A DNA stretch of 63,214 nucleotides, the filler included, from Octopus bimaculoides (taxonomy: Eukaryota): the NCBI RefSeq assembly GCF_001194135.2. It is 5 parts of 5 records of this genome, joined end to end, with 100 filler letters (N's around TTAATTAATTAA, not from the genome) between each part and the next. Parts side by side here need not be neighbours in the genome. Positions count along the whole stretch, not along the records: positions 1 to 26,136 come from NC_068997.1; 4 more parts are not named here. One strand, given 5' to 3'. Made by a program: the position numbers and the translations under genes. The notes beneath the pieces were generated by a model, which saw only the letters and a program-made list of their open reading frames with translations, made no database searches and was not told the DNA's origin. Below are positions 1-10,180 of this stretch, piece after piece (position 1 is the stretch's first letter; each line of letters opens with the position of its first letter).

Positions 1-1053
1 GAACTGCAGTCGTGGATTAAACATAGACCTAGGCTAGGCAAATGGCACCGCGAGTGTCGCGTTGCTCTCAAGCAACTCTGCCGTCCGGGACCAATCTTGT
101 GCAACTTTGATTCCACAAAGGCGTTCTATAGAGGATTAGTGGAGGGGAGGTGCGACGATGATCTCGGGCAGAATCTGGGCGTCGACGAGGAACACCTGAC
201 CCGCCTGTTCAGGACAACTTTCGGACAGGGACCTATTGACAACCACCAGAGATCCCTGGCCTGGCAGTGCTATCGAGAAGCTTTACCCGTTCGCGATAAG
301 TTGTACAGGCACGGTTCGAGATATACCGGACCGACCTGCCCGAGATGCGGTCAGAGCGACGAAACCGTTCTGCACGCACTCGTGCAGTGTCCAAAGATTT
401 CCGACCTGTGGGCTTATGCCGAATGACTGCTGTCACGTGTGGGACGGATCCGCCTGTCGGCCGAGTCTGTTGTGCAAATTGCTCCGCCACCATCCCTCAA
501 CAGGGAAGGCAAGGCAGTGTTCATCATACTGGTGACCATGGTGAAAGAATGTGTGTGGTGAACCCGAACGAAAGGATTAGAGACGAAAACCTACCTCTCT
601 GGCCAATCGCTCATCGACTTTTTCAAGTATCACTTGAAAAGGAAGGTGAGAATAGAGAGGCAGGTTTTGTCTCGTGAAAGTTTCATTAAAAGGTGGGTGA
701 ATGTAGCAAAGATGGTGCGTGCGAGTGACGATACCTCTTTGAGCATGATCCTATAAATCGAGAAAAATAGAAAAAGAGAGAGAGAGAGAGCACTTTGCTC
801 TCATGTGTCTATTCCCTGCTGAGGTTACCGTGGTCTTTTCCGTAGGCTTTTCTCCCCATGGATAAACCTAATGTTATCCCATTTTACACTATTGACATTT
901 TCTGTGATATATGATACCTATTTTTTTTTTGCCCCTACCGATGCCTTTTGATCCGATTTTTTAATTCTTATTTTATCTTTTTATTTTTAAAGAAAAGCTC
1001 TACAGTTGTATTTGTCTCCTCTGTATGCAGCCCTGTGTGGCTTATAAAAGAAA
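1..1053 (+). mobile_element. 3' end of a Tx1/L1-clade non-LTR retrotransposon (ORF2 C-terminus with zf-RVT CCHC finger, 3'UTR and tail), decayed
   Basis: ORF 97-426 reads LAWQCYREALPVRDKL...CPRCGQSDETVLHALVQC. The frame continues past stops to ...RWVNVAKMVRASDDTSLSMIL* (~756). The T-rich 3'UTR ends ATAAAAGAAA (1044-1053). Confidence 0.88.
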
Positions 1054-1054
1054 G

Positions 1055-1100
1055 ATATCTATCTATCTGTCTGTCTGTTTGTCTGTCTATCTATCTATCC
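1055..1100. repeat. (ATCT/GTCT)n microsatellite directly abutting the Tx1 3' tail
   Basis: Direct reading: atatctatctatctgtctgtctgtttgtctgtctatctatctatcc. Confidence 0.9.
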
Positions 1101-1231
1101 ACTGTTTTCTCTATTCATTTCAACAAAGAGACAAAAGTCTCCAGTTAACATGAACGTCAATCCAAATAAGCTGTTGTAAACGCTTCTGTTTTATTTCTGG
1201 GTTCCAGCAGAGTTAAATAATGTGTTCTTAC

Positions 1232-1374
1232 TTGGAGTGTGACTATCACTGTGTTTTAGCATATCCTTTAGTATATTAACAACTATAACTATAACATCGG
1301 TGCAATTTGATGAAGATTTTGTTGCTATTTCTTGCAGGCTCAAGTAATTATTAACTATCATGTGATAAAGAGCA
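1232..1374 (-). CDS. Candidate isolated coding exon (possibly a later TRPM exon; unassigned)
   Basis: Canonical ttttag acceptor and A|gtaaga donor. 143 nt, open frame ALYHMIVNNYLSLQEIATKSSSNCTDVIVIVVNILKDMLKHSDSHTP. Only weak resemblance to the TRPM 'LYH...' region, and not phase-compatible with exon 14654-14757 without further exons. Confidence 0.28.
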
Positions 1375-1560
1375 CTAAAATATTTCAATGATTTTTTGTT
1401 TGAAAAATATTTCTGTAATCGTTATCAAATATGTTGCCATTACTACGAAAACAAACACAAAGAAAGTTTATTGTTCTTGGACTAGGAATGATAGTAGTCA
1501 CCATTGGGAGTTTCTTGGCGTTAGTTGGTTATAGTGTGTTAACACAGCTGATGTTCCTTG

Positions 1561-1616
1561 TGTGTGTGTTCTTTTGTGTGTGTGTTCTTTTGTGTGTGTG
1601 TTCTTTTGTGTGTGTG
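1561..1616. repeat. 16-bp minisatellite (TGTGTGTGTTCTTTTG) x ~3.5
   Basis: Direct reading. Confidence 0.85.
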
Positions 1617-2544
1617 ACAGCGTTCTAGCCTGCTGCTAATTTTGCTACTGCGTGCTGAGAGCCAATTGCTGTGTCCTGTCTGCTGTCTGACCAGAGTGGC
1701 TAAAATGCACTGAATATAAAGTGGTGGTCTTGGGAGGAAAAATTGTTAGACCTAGTTCCACACAAAGATTTATATCATCAGATTTTAGAAAATCATTATC
1801 GTATTCTTGAGTTGACTTTTGCACTGAATATAGTGATCGAGGTTCGATTTGTAGTTGCTAAATATTCCTGCTACAACTTGTTTATGTTGGTAGATTGTGT
1901 ATAAGGTTTATATATATAGTTTGTAAGGATGAGAAATGTACAATTTTGTGATCGTTGTAGATTGTTGAAATTGATTGTTAAGAGATTTGGGGTCCGGACA
2001 GGATAGGTATGATGCAGGATGGATTTTTGTGTTGGCCAAGTATGGGGCCAGTCAGTGTTTATAGATTGTTTCAACTTAACACTTGCCTTCTTTTCGGAGG
2101 TGTTGTTATGTAGTGAAGGTACTGTTGATAATTTTTAGTAGGAACAGATTTTCTGTCTTATTAAAAACAGAACGTATTAGAATTCCTGATTACTTCATGT
2201 ATTTCAACATGTTGGGGCCACAGTGTCTAAAAGAACATTTTCCATTAAGTTGTTAATGCTAAGAAAATAAATTACTGTTCTTGCTTCAATTTACAGGCAG
2301 ATTTTTTAAAAGGACCTTTGTTATAAAATTACTTGAATTAAATACATGGAAAATAATTAATCCATTAGAGACAGTCATAAAATTTAAGCAGTTGACCAGA
2401 AAACCAACAGCCAGGTAAATCATTAAATAAAATATTATACTGAGTAAAAAGTAAGCAAAGTTTTTGAACCATGAAGAATTTGTACCGGATTTTTGCAGAG
2501 TTTTGAATTATTAACATAAACGTTAGATTTAAAATTCGTGTATA

Positions 2545-2705
2545 AATATAATTAAAATGTTAATACTCGGAAGTGGGGTCGAGTAGCCATTACATCTTCA
2601 TTTTTATATAATTTCATTTCATTCATCCGTTTATGTTTTTTGTCCCCACTTGTGCTGTCTTGTCTATCCTTCTTCGTCCCATCTGCGTAGGGCCAATAAA
2701 AGAAA
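2545..2705 (+). mobile_element. Unit 0: 5'-truncated 3'UTR of the ORF1-only Tx1-like element
   Basis: Homologous to 4370-4525 and 5105-5264 (tactcggaa...attcatccgt...tgtgctgt...gtagggcc). Ends AATAAAAGAAA (2695-2705). Confidence 0.75.
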
Positions 2706-4525
2706 TATGCACCAATTATCTTTACGAAGAGATTGTATCATTCAGAATTGATTTTGTATCGTTGCGGATAGGTTGTCCTTTGTTGAAGTTTCCCCCTAGT
2801 GGAGTGACATGTTGTTGGTGATTGTTTGACTTGTTGTGTTGTTCGATTTTGTAGTGTTTTCTCCCACAGTTGGGGCGAAAATTGCAGGCGCGTGTCGAGA
2901 GCTACGCTTCAATAGCACACTGTGATAATATTGCTGAGACTGTGAGACGGCGGGAAGTCAGTGAGGTGCCTGTATACTTCGAAATAGTGAAAAAAAGTAA
3001 AAGATTGATACAAAGAGAAGGGTCAAGATCGAAATTATCACCACCGAAAGAGATAACAAGAAACACGTATGAAAAATGAATGGTCTACAGAAGCCTTTCA
3101 CTAGCAAGTAAGAAAATTGAAATGGCGAAGAAGATTTGGAAGAATGCTTGAAAGAGATAAGAAGTAACATTGAATTATACAGTACAGAACGGAAGTTAGG
3201 TACAGTGGAGGTGCGCTTCCCTACTGTGGAGGAGGCAGCTAGGCACTCCACTGTAACTTTGGAGAATGGAAAAATGTGTACTCTTGCCAACTTATCTCGG
3301 GAAACAAGTAGCGAGAGTGAGGATTGGCGGGCTGCCCCCAGAGATCAATGGGATGTAGCTGCTTGCAGCTATATTAATAGGCACAAAGGAAGACCCTCAA
3401 ATGCTGCAGGTAAGCCGTACTAAACAACTGAACTGCAGGGTATATGGCCTAGGAATCATAATCTAGGCCACCTCACTAGACCTACAAGAAGTAACAGAAG
3501 AAATAGATTTGCCAGAAGGGGTTAAGCAGCGTGCGGTAGTGGAGGGAAGACCTCCGACAAGCTACTATTGCAGAGAGAAGGGCCTTATTAAGGCAAATTG
3601 CCTGCTTCTTATCAAACAAACATCAATGGAGGAGATACAAGAGGAAATTTGTGGGGACGAGACACCGAAGGAAGCTACGGAGAAGGTAGATGCAGAGATC
3701 AGAGATGAAGTCCAAGAGATGCAGAACAGGAAGTGGAAACGCATTAAAAACTCCCCATCCCGAAAGAACTAAAAAACCAGAAAAAGAAAGAACTAAGTAG
3801 CATACAAATGCCCCCACAGTATATCATATTACAACAAACAATCAAGAATATCACAGACAGCCCAGAATCCCAAACTAAATATACGCAACCACGCACATAC
3901 AGGCCAGTAACTCCAGTAAAATGTTCCTAAGCACTCACAGAAGGTCCAGAAACTTCAGGAGGATATACACAAACAAACACAGACTATACAGATTTTCCAA
4001 CTGAATACACACAATCAGGCACACAAATAGATACACAAGAAATACAGAACAATTACAAACATAAGGTGTATTGGACACACTATTGGACGAATGTGTACAT
4101 CGAGGAAAAATTGGAAAGATGAAGTCAGTAATAAGAGTTGCAGAGGAGGACAACATACGAGTTGCAGGTATCGAATGTATACTGACAGACATTAAAGATT
4201 ATAAAAAAACTAAAGGCAAGCCTTCGCGACGACGTGAACCCATTAGGGTTGGAGTTAAGATAAAACTATCTACTACCTGTGGTGGAATTTGAAAAATTGA
4301 AACTACATTTTATTTATTAAGATAGTTAATTTGATAAATGTAGTCTCAAAAAATAGGGAAAATATATAGTTAAGATGCTACTACTCGGAAGTGGCCATTG
4401 CATCTTAATTTTTATATAAATTCATTCCATTCATCCGTTTATGGTTTTTTTCTCCCCACATGTGCTGTCTTGTCTGTCTTTATTAGTTCCTTTTGTGTAG
4501 GGCCATATTGGCCAATAAAATGAAA
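2706..4525 (+). mobile_element. Unit 1: ORF1-only Tx1-like element (5'UTR, frameshifted gag-like ORF1, short 3'UTR, no ORF2)
   Basis: ORF1 pieces 2870-3079, 3136-3423, 3509-3772 and 4071-4292. RRM-like TVEVRFPTVEEA and knuckle EGRPPTSYYCREKGLIKANC. ORF1 runs straight into the 3'UTR, which ends AATAAAATGAAA. Confidence 0.8.
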
Positions 4526-5264
4526 TATGTTCCAATCATCATTTCGAAGGGATTGTATCGTTCAGAGTTGATTTTGTATCGTCGCGGATAGGTTGTCCTT
4601 TGTTTAAGGTCCTCCCTAGCGGGGTTACCTGTTGTTGGTAATTGTTTAATTTGTTCTTGTTTAAGGTACAGAGGAAGTAGATGCGGAGAGCAGAGATGAA
4701 GTCTAAGAAATACTGAATAGAAAGAGGAAGAATATTAAAAATCCCCCCACCCCCGAATAACTAAAAAAAACACACAAAAGAAACACCAAAGTAACATACG
4801 AACGCCCATGCAGCAGTTCACGTTACAGCAAACAGTAATAAGAGTTGCAGAGGAGGAAAATATACGTGTTCCAGGTATGGAATGCATATTGATAGACATT
4901 AAAGATTATAAAAAATTAAAGGCAAGCTTTTGCGAAGATGTAAAAAAAAATTAAAGGTAAACTTTGGTGACGATTAAGGTTGGAGATAAGATATGTCCAT
5001 CTGCCACCTGTGGTGGAATTTGAAAAATTGAAACCACATTTTATTTATTAAGATAGTTAATTTGATAAAAGTAGTTTTAAAGCATACAGGATAAAATATC
5101 GTTAAAATGGTACTACTCGGAATTGGAGTTAAATAGCCATTACATCTTCATTTTTATATAAATTCCATTCATTCATCCGTTATGTATTTTGTCCCCATTT
5201 GTGCTGTGTTGTCTGTCCTTCTTCATCCCTTCTGTGTAGGGCCATATTGGTCAATAAAATGAAA
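4526..5264 (+). mobile_element. Unit 2: internally deleted copy of the ORF1-only element
   Basis: Same 5' start and 3'UTR as unit 1. Jumps from 5'UTR to the ORF1 C-terminal part at ~4663, with a second deletion at ~4830. Confidence 0.8.
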
Positions 5265-6887
5265 TATGTTCCAGTCATCTTTTCGAAGAGATTGTATCGT
5301 TCACAGTTGATTTTGTATCATTGTGGATAGGTTCCCTTGTTTAAGGTTCTCCCTAGCGGGGTTACTTGTTGTTGGTAATTGTTAAACTTTGTTGTATTAT
5401 TTTCTTTTGGTATGTTTTCTCCCCTAGTGGGGGCGAAATTTCCAGTGAGCAATGGAAGAATTGCAAGCGCGTACCGGGAGCTACGCTTCAGTAGTGGGCC
5501 GAGATAATGTTGCAGCGACGGTGAGATAACGGCAAGTCAGGGAGGTGCCTATGGACTTCGAAATAGTAAAAAACAGCAAAAAATTAATACAAAGAGAAGG
5601 GTAAACATTGAAATTGACGCCGCCAGAAGAGATAACAAGAAGCAAAAACCAAAAAATGGTAGTCTACAGAACCCTTTCACAAGCAACTAAGAAAATAGAA
5701 ATGGTGAACGAAGAAGATTTGGAAGAATATTTGAAAGAGATAAGAAGTAACATCGAATTTTACTGCAGAGGAAGAAAGTTTGAAACAGCGGAGATGCGCT
5801 CCCCTACTGTAGAGGAAGCAGCGATGTACTCCACTGTAACCTTGAGTAAGGAAAAATGGGCACTCCTGCCAACACATCTCGGGGAACGAGTATTGAGAGT
5901 GAGGATTGGCAGGTTACTCCTAGCGATCAATGAGATATGGCTGCTTGCAGCTATATTAATAGACACAAAGGACGACCCACATGTGCTGCAGGTAAGCTGT
6001 ACTAAACAACTAAACTACAGAGAATATGGCCTAGAAATCATAATCTAGACCTGTAAAAAATAACAGAAGAAATAGTTACCTGAAGATGTGGAGCAGCATG
6101 TGGTAGTGGAGGGAAGACCTCCCACATGCTACCACTGCAGAAAGAAGGACCGTATTAAGACAAATTGCCTGCTTCTTATCAAACAAACATCAACGGAAGA
6201 GAGGAAAGTAGCAGGGACGAGTAGCTGAAGGAAGGTACGGAGGAGGTAGATGCAGAGATCAGAGAAGAAGTCCAAGAGATACAGAATGGGAAGAGCGAGG
6301 ATATTAAAAACTCCCCACCCTCGAAGAACTCAAAAAGAAAATAAAAAGAAAGAACTAAGTAACATACAAACGCCGCCATAGTATATCACATTACAACAAG
6401 CACACAAGAATATCGCAGACAGCCCAGAATCCAAAACTAAATATACACAACCACGCACATACAGGTCAGTAACTCCAGTAAAATATTCACAAGCACTCAC
6501 AGAAGGTCCAGAAATTCAGGAAGATATGCACAAACAAACACAGACGATACAGATTCTCCAACTGAATACACACAATCAAGCACACAAATAGATACACAAG
6601 AAATACAGAACAATTACAAACATAGTGTGTATTGGACACACTATTGGACGAATATGTAGATCGTGGAAAAATTGGGAAGATGAAGTCAGTAATAAGAGTT
6701 GCAGAGGAGGAAAATATACGTGTTCCAGGGATGGAGTGCATATTGATATACATTAAAGATTATAAAAATTTAAAAGCAAGCTTTGTGGACAAGGTAAACC
6801 CATTTGGGTTGGCGGTAAGATACGACTATCTGCCGCCTGTGGTGGAATTTGAAAAATTGAAGCCACATAGTCACCAATAAAAGGAAA
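5265..6887 (+). mobile_element. Unit 3: ORF1-only Tx1-like element with shortened 3'UTR
   Basis: ORF 5608-6048 (MVVYRTLSQATKKIE...RGRKFETAEMRSPTVEEA...HLGERVLRVRIG), knuckle EGRPPTCYHCRKKDRIKTNC (~6110-6168) and C-terminal ORF 6632-6880. Ends CCAATAAAAGGAAA. Confidence 0.8.
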
Positions 6888-9800
6888 TATGTTCCAATCA
6901 TCTCTGTCTTTGGCAAGTGATTTGTTAACTATATCGTGCGACCGGAAGGTTTGTTTATATAATTGTGTTGCCTGATCGCAGGCTTTGTCAACAAAGGACA
7001 ACATATCTGCAACGATACACAATCAATTTATTGTTGATTTCCTGTAAGGAAAACGTTGTTGGAAAAATTGTATTTGCCAAAAGCACTGTTGAATTGTTAT
7101 CCTCCCCTAAGGGGAAAGGTTTTGTGAACTTTTTGTATACTTTTGAACTGTGTTGTCTGTATATTTTTAGTGGTACATTTTTGCTCCTTTGTTGGAACAT
7201 TTTTGAAATATTTGTTATAAAAAAATGTCTTCAGTAGAAGAAAAATCAACCAGTAAAATGAATTTTGCCTCCGTTGTGGGAGAACTTGAAATAATAACTT
7301 TAAAGGAAGAAGAAATCCAGTCATACTTTGGAATGATTACAGAACAAGACGAGAAAGCAAAATTGCTCCTCCCAGTGAAATCACAAACAAAAAAAAAAGA
7401 AAGAACTATTATTTACAAGACCTATGACATGAGCAATAAAAAAACTGAAGCACTTCGAAGAAAGTACCATCGAAAAATACCTTGGACCAGTAATGAAACA
7501 AATCAAACAACTGGACCGGGGCACTAAGTTTGCTACAGTGGAGGCAAGGTTCGAGTCAACAGAGAAGGCTCGTGAGTTCTCGAACCGAAACTTGCAAAAT
7601 GAACAAATGGCTCTTCTGCCATTGTATCTGGGACGTAGAACGTCCCGGATAAGGATAAAAAAACATACCACCGGAAGTAGAGGTCGCATGGATTGTGGCC
7701 ATGTTATTCAAAAGGGAAGAAAAAATAAACAACACCCAGATTTCTAGAGATACCCCACAAAATTGGAAGGAACAGACTCTAGAAATACTGGCACAAACCA
7801 CTTCCAGGGACCTCGAAAACCTCCCTGAAAAAATCCACATTAGGGAGGAGACAGTGGTAACAGTAAAGAGTGAAGGAAGAAAGCCACGGTGTTTCAAATG
7901 CGGAAAAAAGAATCCTGAGGTTCAAGTGCTCGCCGCCCCAGAAGGAGATCGAGGGGGAAAAGACCCCGGAAGATGAAAAAAAGAGGGTAACCACCAATAG
8001 CGAAAAACCAGTAGAGGTGGAGGAAAGGGAAAAAAGGAACCAGTAAAGGCCATAGAGACACCGTTTGAAGAAAGCATGAATTTTCAGACTGTGACCCGTA
8101 AAAGAACCAAGAAAAAAACAAAAAAAACAGACGGAGTTGCCAACGAAGTCACAAGAGGTGACTCCGAAAATAAAACAAGCGAAAAGGAATAACCAGAACA
8201 AAGAAATAGAAAAAAAGGAAAAAAGAAAAAGAAAATATAAAAGTTGGATGTAGAGGAGAGACCAGAGATTGTAATGGTGGTGTATAAAAACACCAACCGT
8301 TATTTGGAAGTGCTGATTAGGCCTCACTTACAGTCGAAAATATTTCAGAATGACGCCAAGCAGAACTCCAACACGATCGGGAGAATTTCGTACAAGCTAT
8401 ATACTGAAGTTAAGGGAAGACAATCGAGAGACATTATAGAGTTTAAAGCGCGCTCCAAATTATTTAACCCGTCGGTTGAGCCAAGCTTGGAAGAGAGGAA
8501 GGGAACGGTGGAACAGATCCCAGTAGTACTAAGATCAATCCCCTCAACAGACGAAAAGGGCAGGTAAGCCCAACTTTCCTTCTTTTTCGTTTTTGATATG
8601 GCTACACTCAGTGTAGGCTTTCTGAACGTGTGTGGCGTGAGCTCGAAGTAGAAGCAAGCTTGTTTCCTCAACGACCTCAGGACACATAGAATATATGTAA
8701 TGGTGGCTACAGAGACCAAGTAGAACAAGCTGCAGGATTTCCCGTCTCTCTCGAATGGCTAATAGAAGATCATGTCTCCTAGTCAGACCGGAGTGAGGTG
8801 TAGCGTTGTAGTTTTGCTCCGAAAGACTTGGCTATGCAGATATGTACGATCTTTGTGGACCCAGAAGGTGAGTTGATTGTTCCCGACCTGACATTCAGGG
8901 ATAAAGCCTTCAGGCTGATTAGCATTTACGCGCCTAGCACGGTAGGCAGACGGAATGATTTCTATTGACGCCTGGAGAATTTTCTTGCAACGTCAAAGTC
9001 ACTAGTCATGCTAGGAGACTTTTACGCTATTCTAGTTGCACGCCGGGATAGCGTCGGCTCGAACAAAAGGAAAAGTAACTCACGTCTCATCGATCAACTG
9101 AAGCGATTTAAGCTGGCAGATCGATACAAACTTGATTATCCGAGTGTTCCAATGTGGATTGGAGTAACAACGACGGATCGAACAGGTCTTACATAGATAG
9201 GATAATTAATTCTAGAGATAAGTCTAGCTTCAGCTGTCCACAATATGTCTCCTATACGGATCACAAATTAGTGACGTGTAGGATGCATATCGATAAAGTA
9301 CATAGACAGGGGTCTGGCTACTGAAAGTTGAACAAGTCCCTTTTGGCTTGCGAAACTTACCGTAGTCAGATTAAGAAGTTAGTAATGAGGGCATTAACCG
9401 GCACTGTTAAATTACCACTGGTGGTGTGCCCTCAAACGGGACATACGTATTGAGTCAATTAGATTTAGCAAACATTTGAGTTTAGAACAGGCTAGAGTAG
9501 AAGGGAAATTAGTAAAGGCGTTAGAAGAGGCGCTGCGAGTGGGCTCTGCACCCCAAGTTTTGGCGGCGGGGTCGGTCTTGGACCGACACCTCAATGCCAA
9601 ACGCGAAGGATGCAGGGCTCGGACAAAAGTACGTGCACTGGGCTGCGAGGGTATCAACGTTGGTGGGTGGGCTCGCTCGGTAGAAACACAATGTGGCATT
9701 GAAGCTATGATAAGGTCTTTGGTAGATGAGCATGGACGCAAGATCCGAGGACAGGAAGAGATGTGTAAGGCCTTGTACGAGCACTTCGCCGCGTATTCAA

Positions 9801-10180
9801 GAGGGATGGATCACTGGACCATGGGAATGCCCCTCGGGACTTCCTGGCTGGTGGCCCGCGCCTCTCTGCGTGAGAGGCTGAGCACTGTGAAAGACAGATC
9901 ACGGCTGCAGAAGTTATAGAGGTGCTTTCCGTGTGCTCTGGGACAAGTCGCCGGGATTGGATTGTCTACTGTACGAATTTTATAAACGTATGCCAGACTT
10001 GTTCGAGAACATACTGGCCGGTGTCTACGCACACTAGCAGCAGAAAGGGAGAATTCCCAAATCTGTGGGCCGGAGAGTAGTAACACTGATCAGGAAGGAT
10101 GCGAAAAAGGGGATATCATTAATAATTTCAGGCCCATAACTCCGCTAAACACAGAGTTAAAGATTTTGGCCAAAGTGCTA
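6888..10180 (+). mobile_element. Tx1-like LINE A: 5'UTR, ORF1 and ORF2 (APE endonuclease to start of RT), 3'-truncated, decayed
   Basis: ORF1 7225-~8567 (RGTKFATVEARFES; EGRKPRCFKCGKK). ORF2 from ATG 8598: VGFLNVCG...MVATET...RLISIYAP...MLGDF...DHKLV...KLNKSLL. Ends at NFRPIT.LNTELKILAKVL (10180). Confidence 0.9.

Noticed and set aside
1431-1628. Hydrophobic 65-aa ORF resembling a membrane peptide
   Set aside because: Its C-terminal half is the TG-rich 16-bp minisatellite; T-rich DNA gives such peptides by chance.
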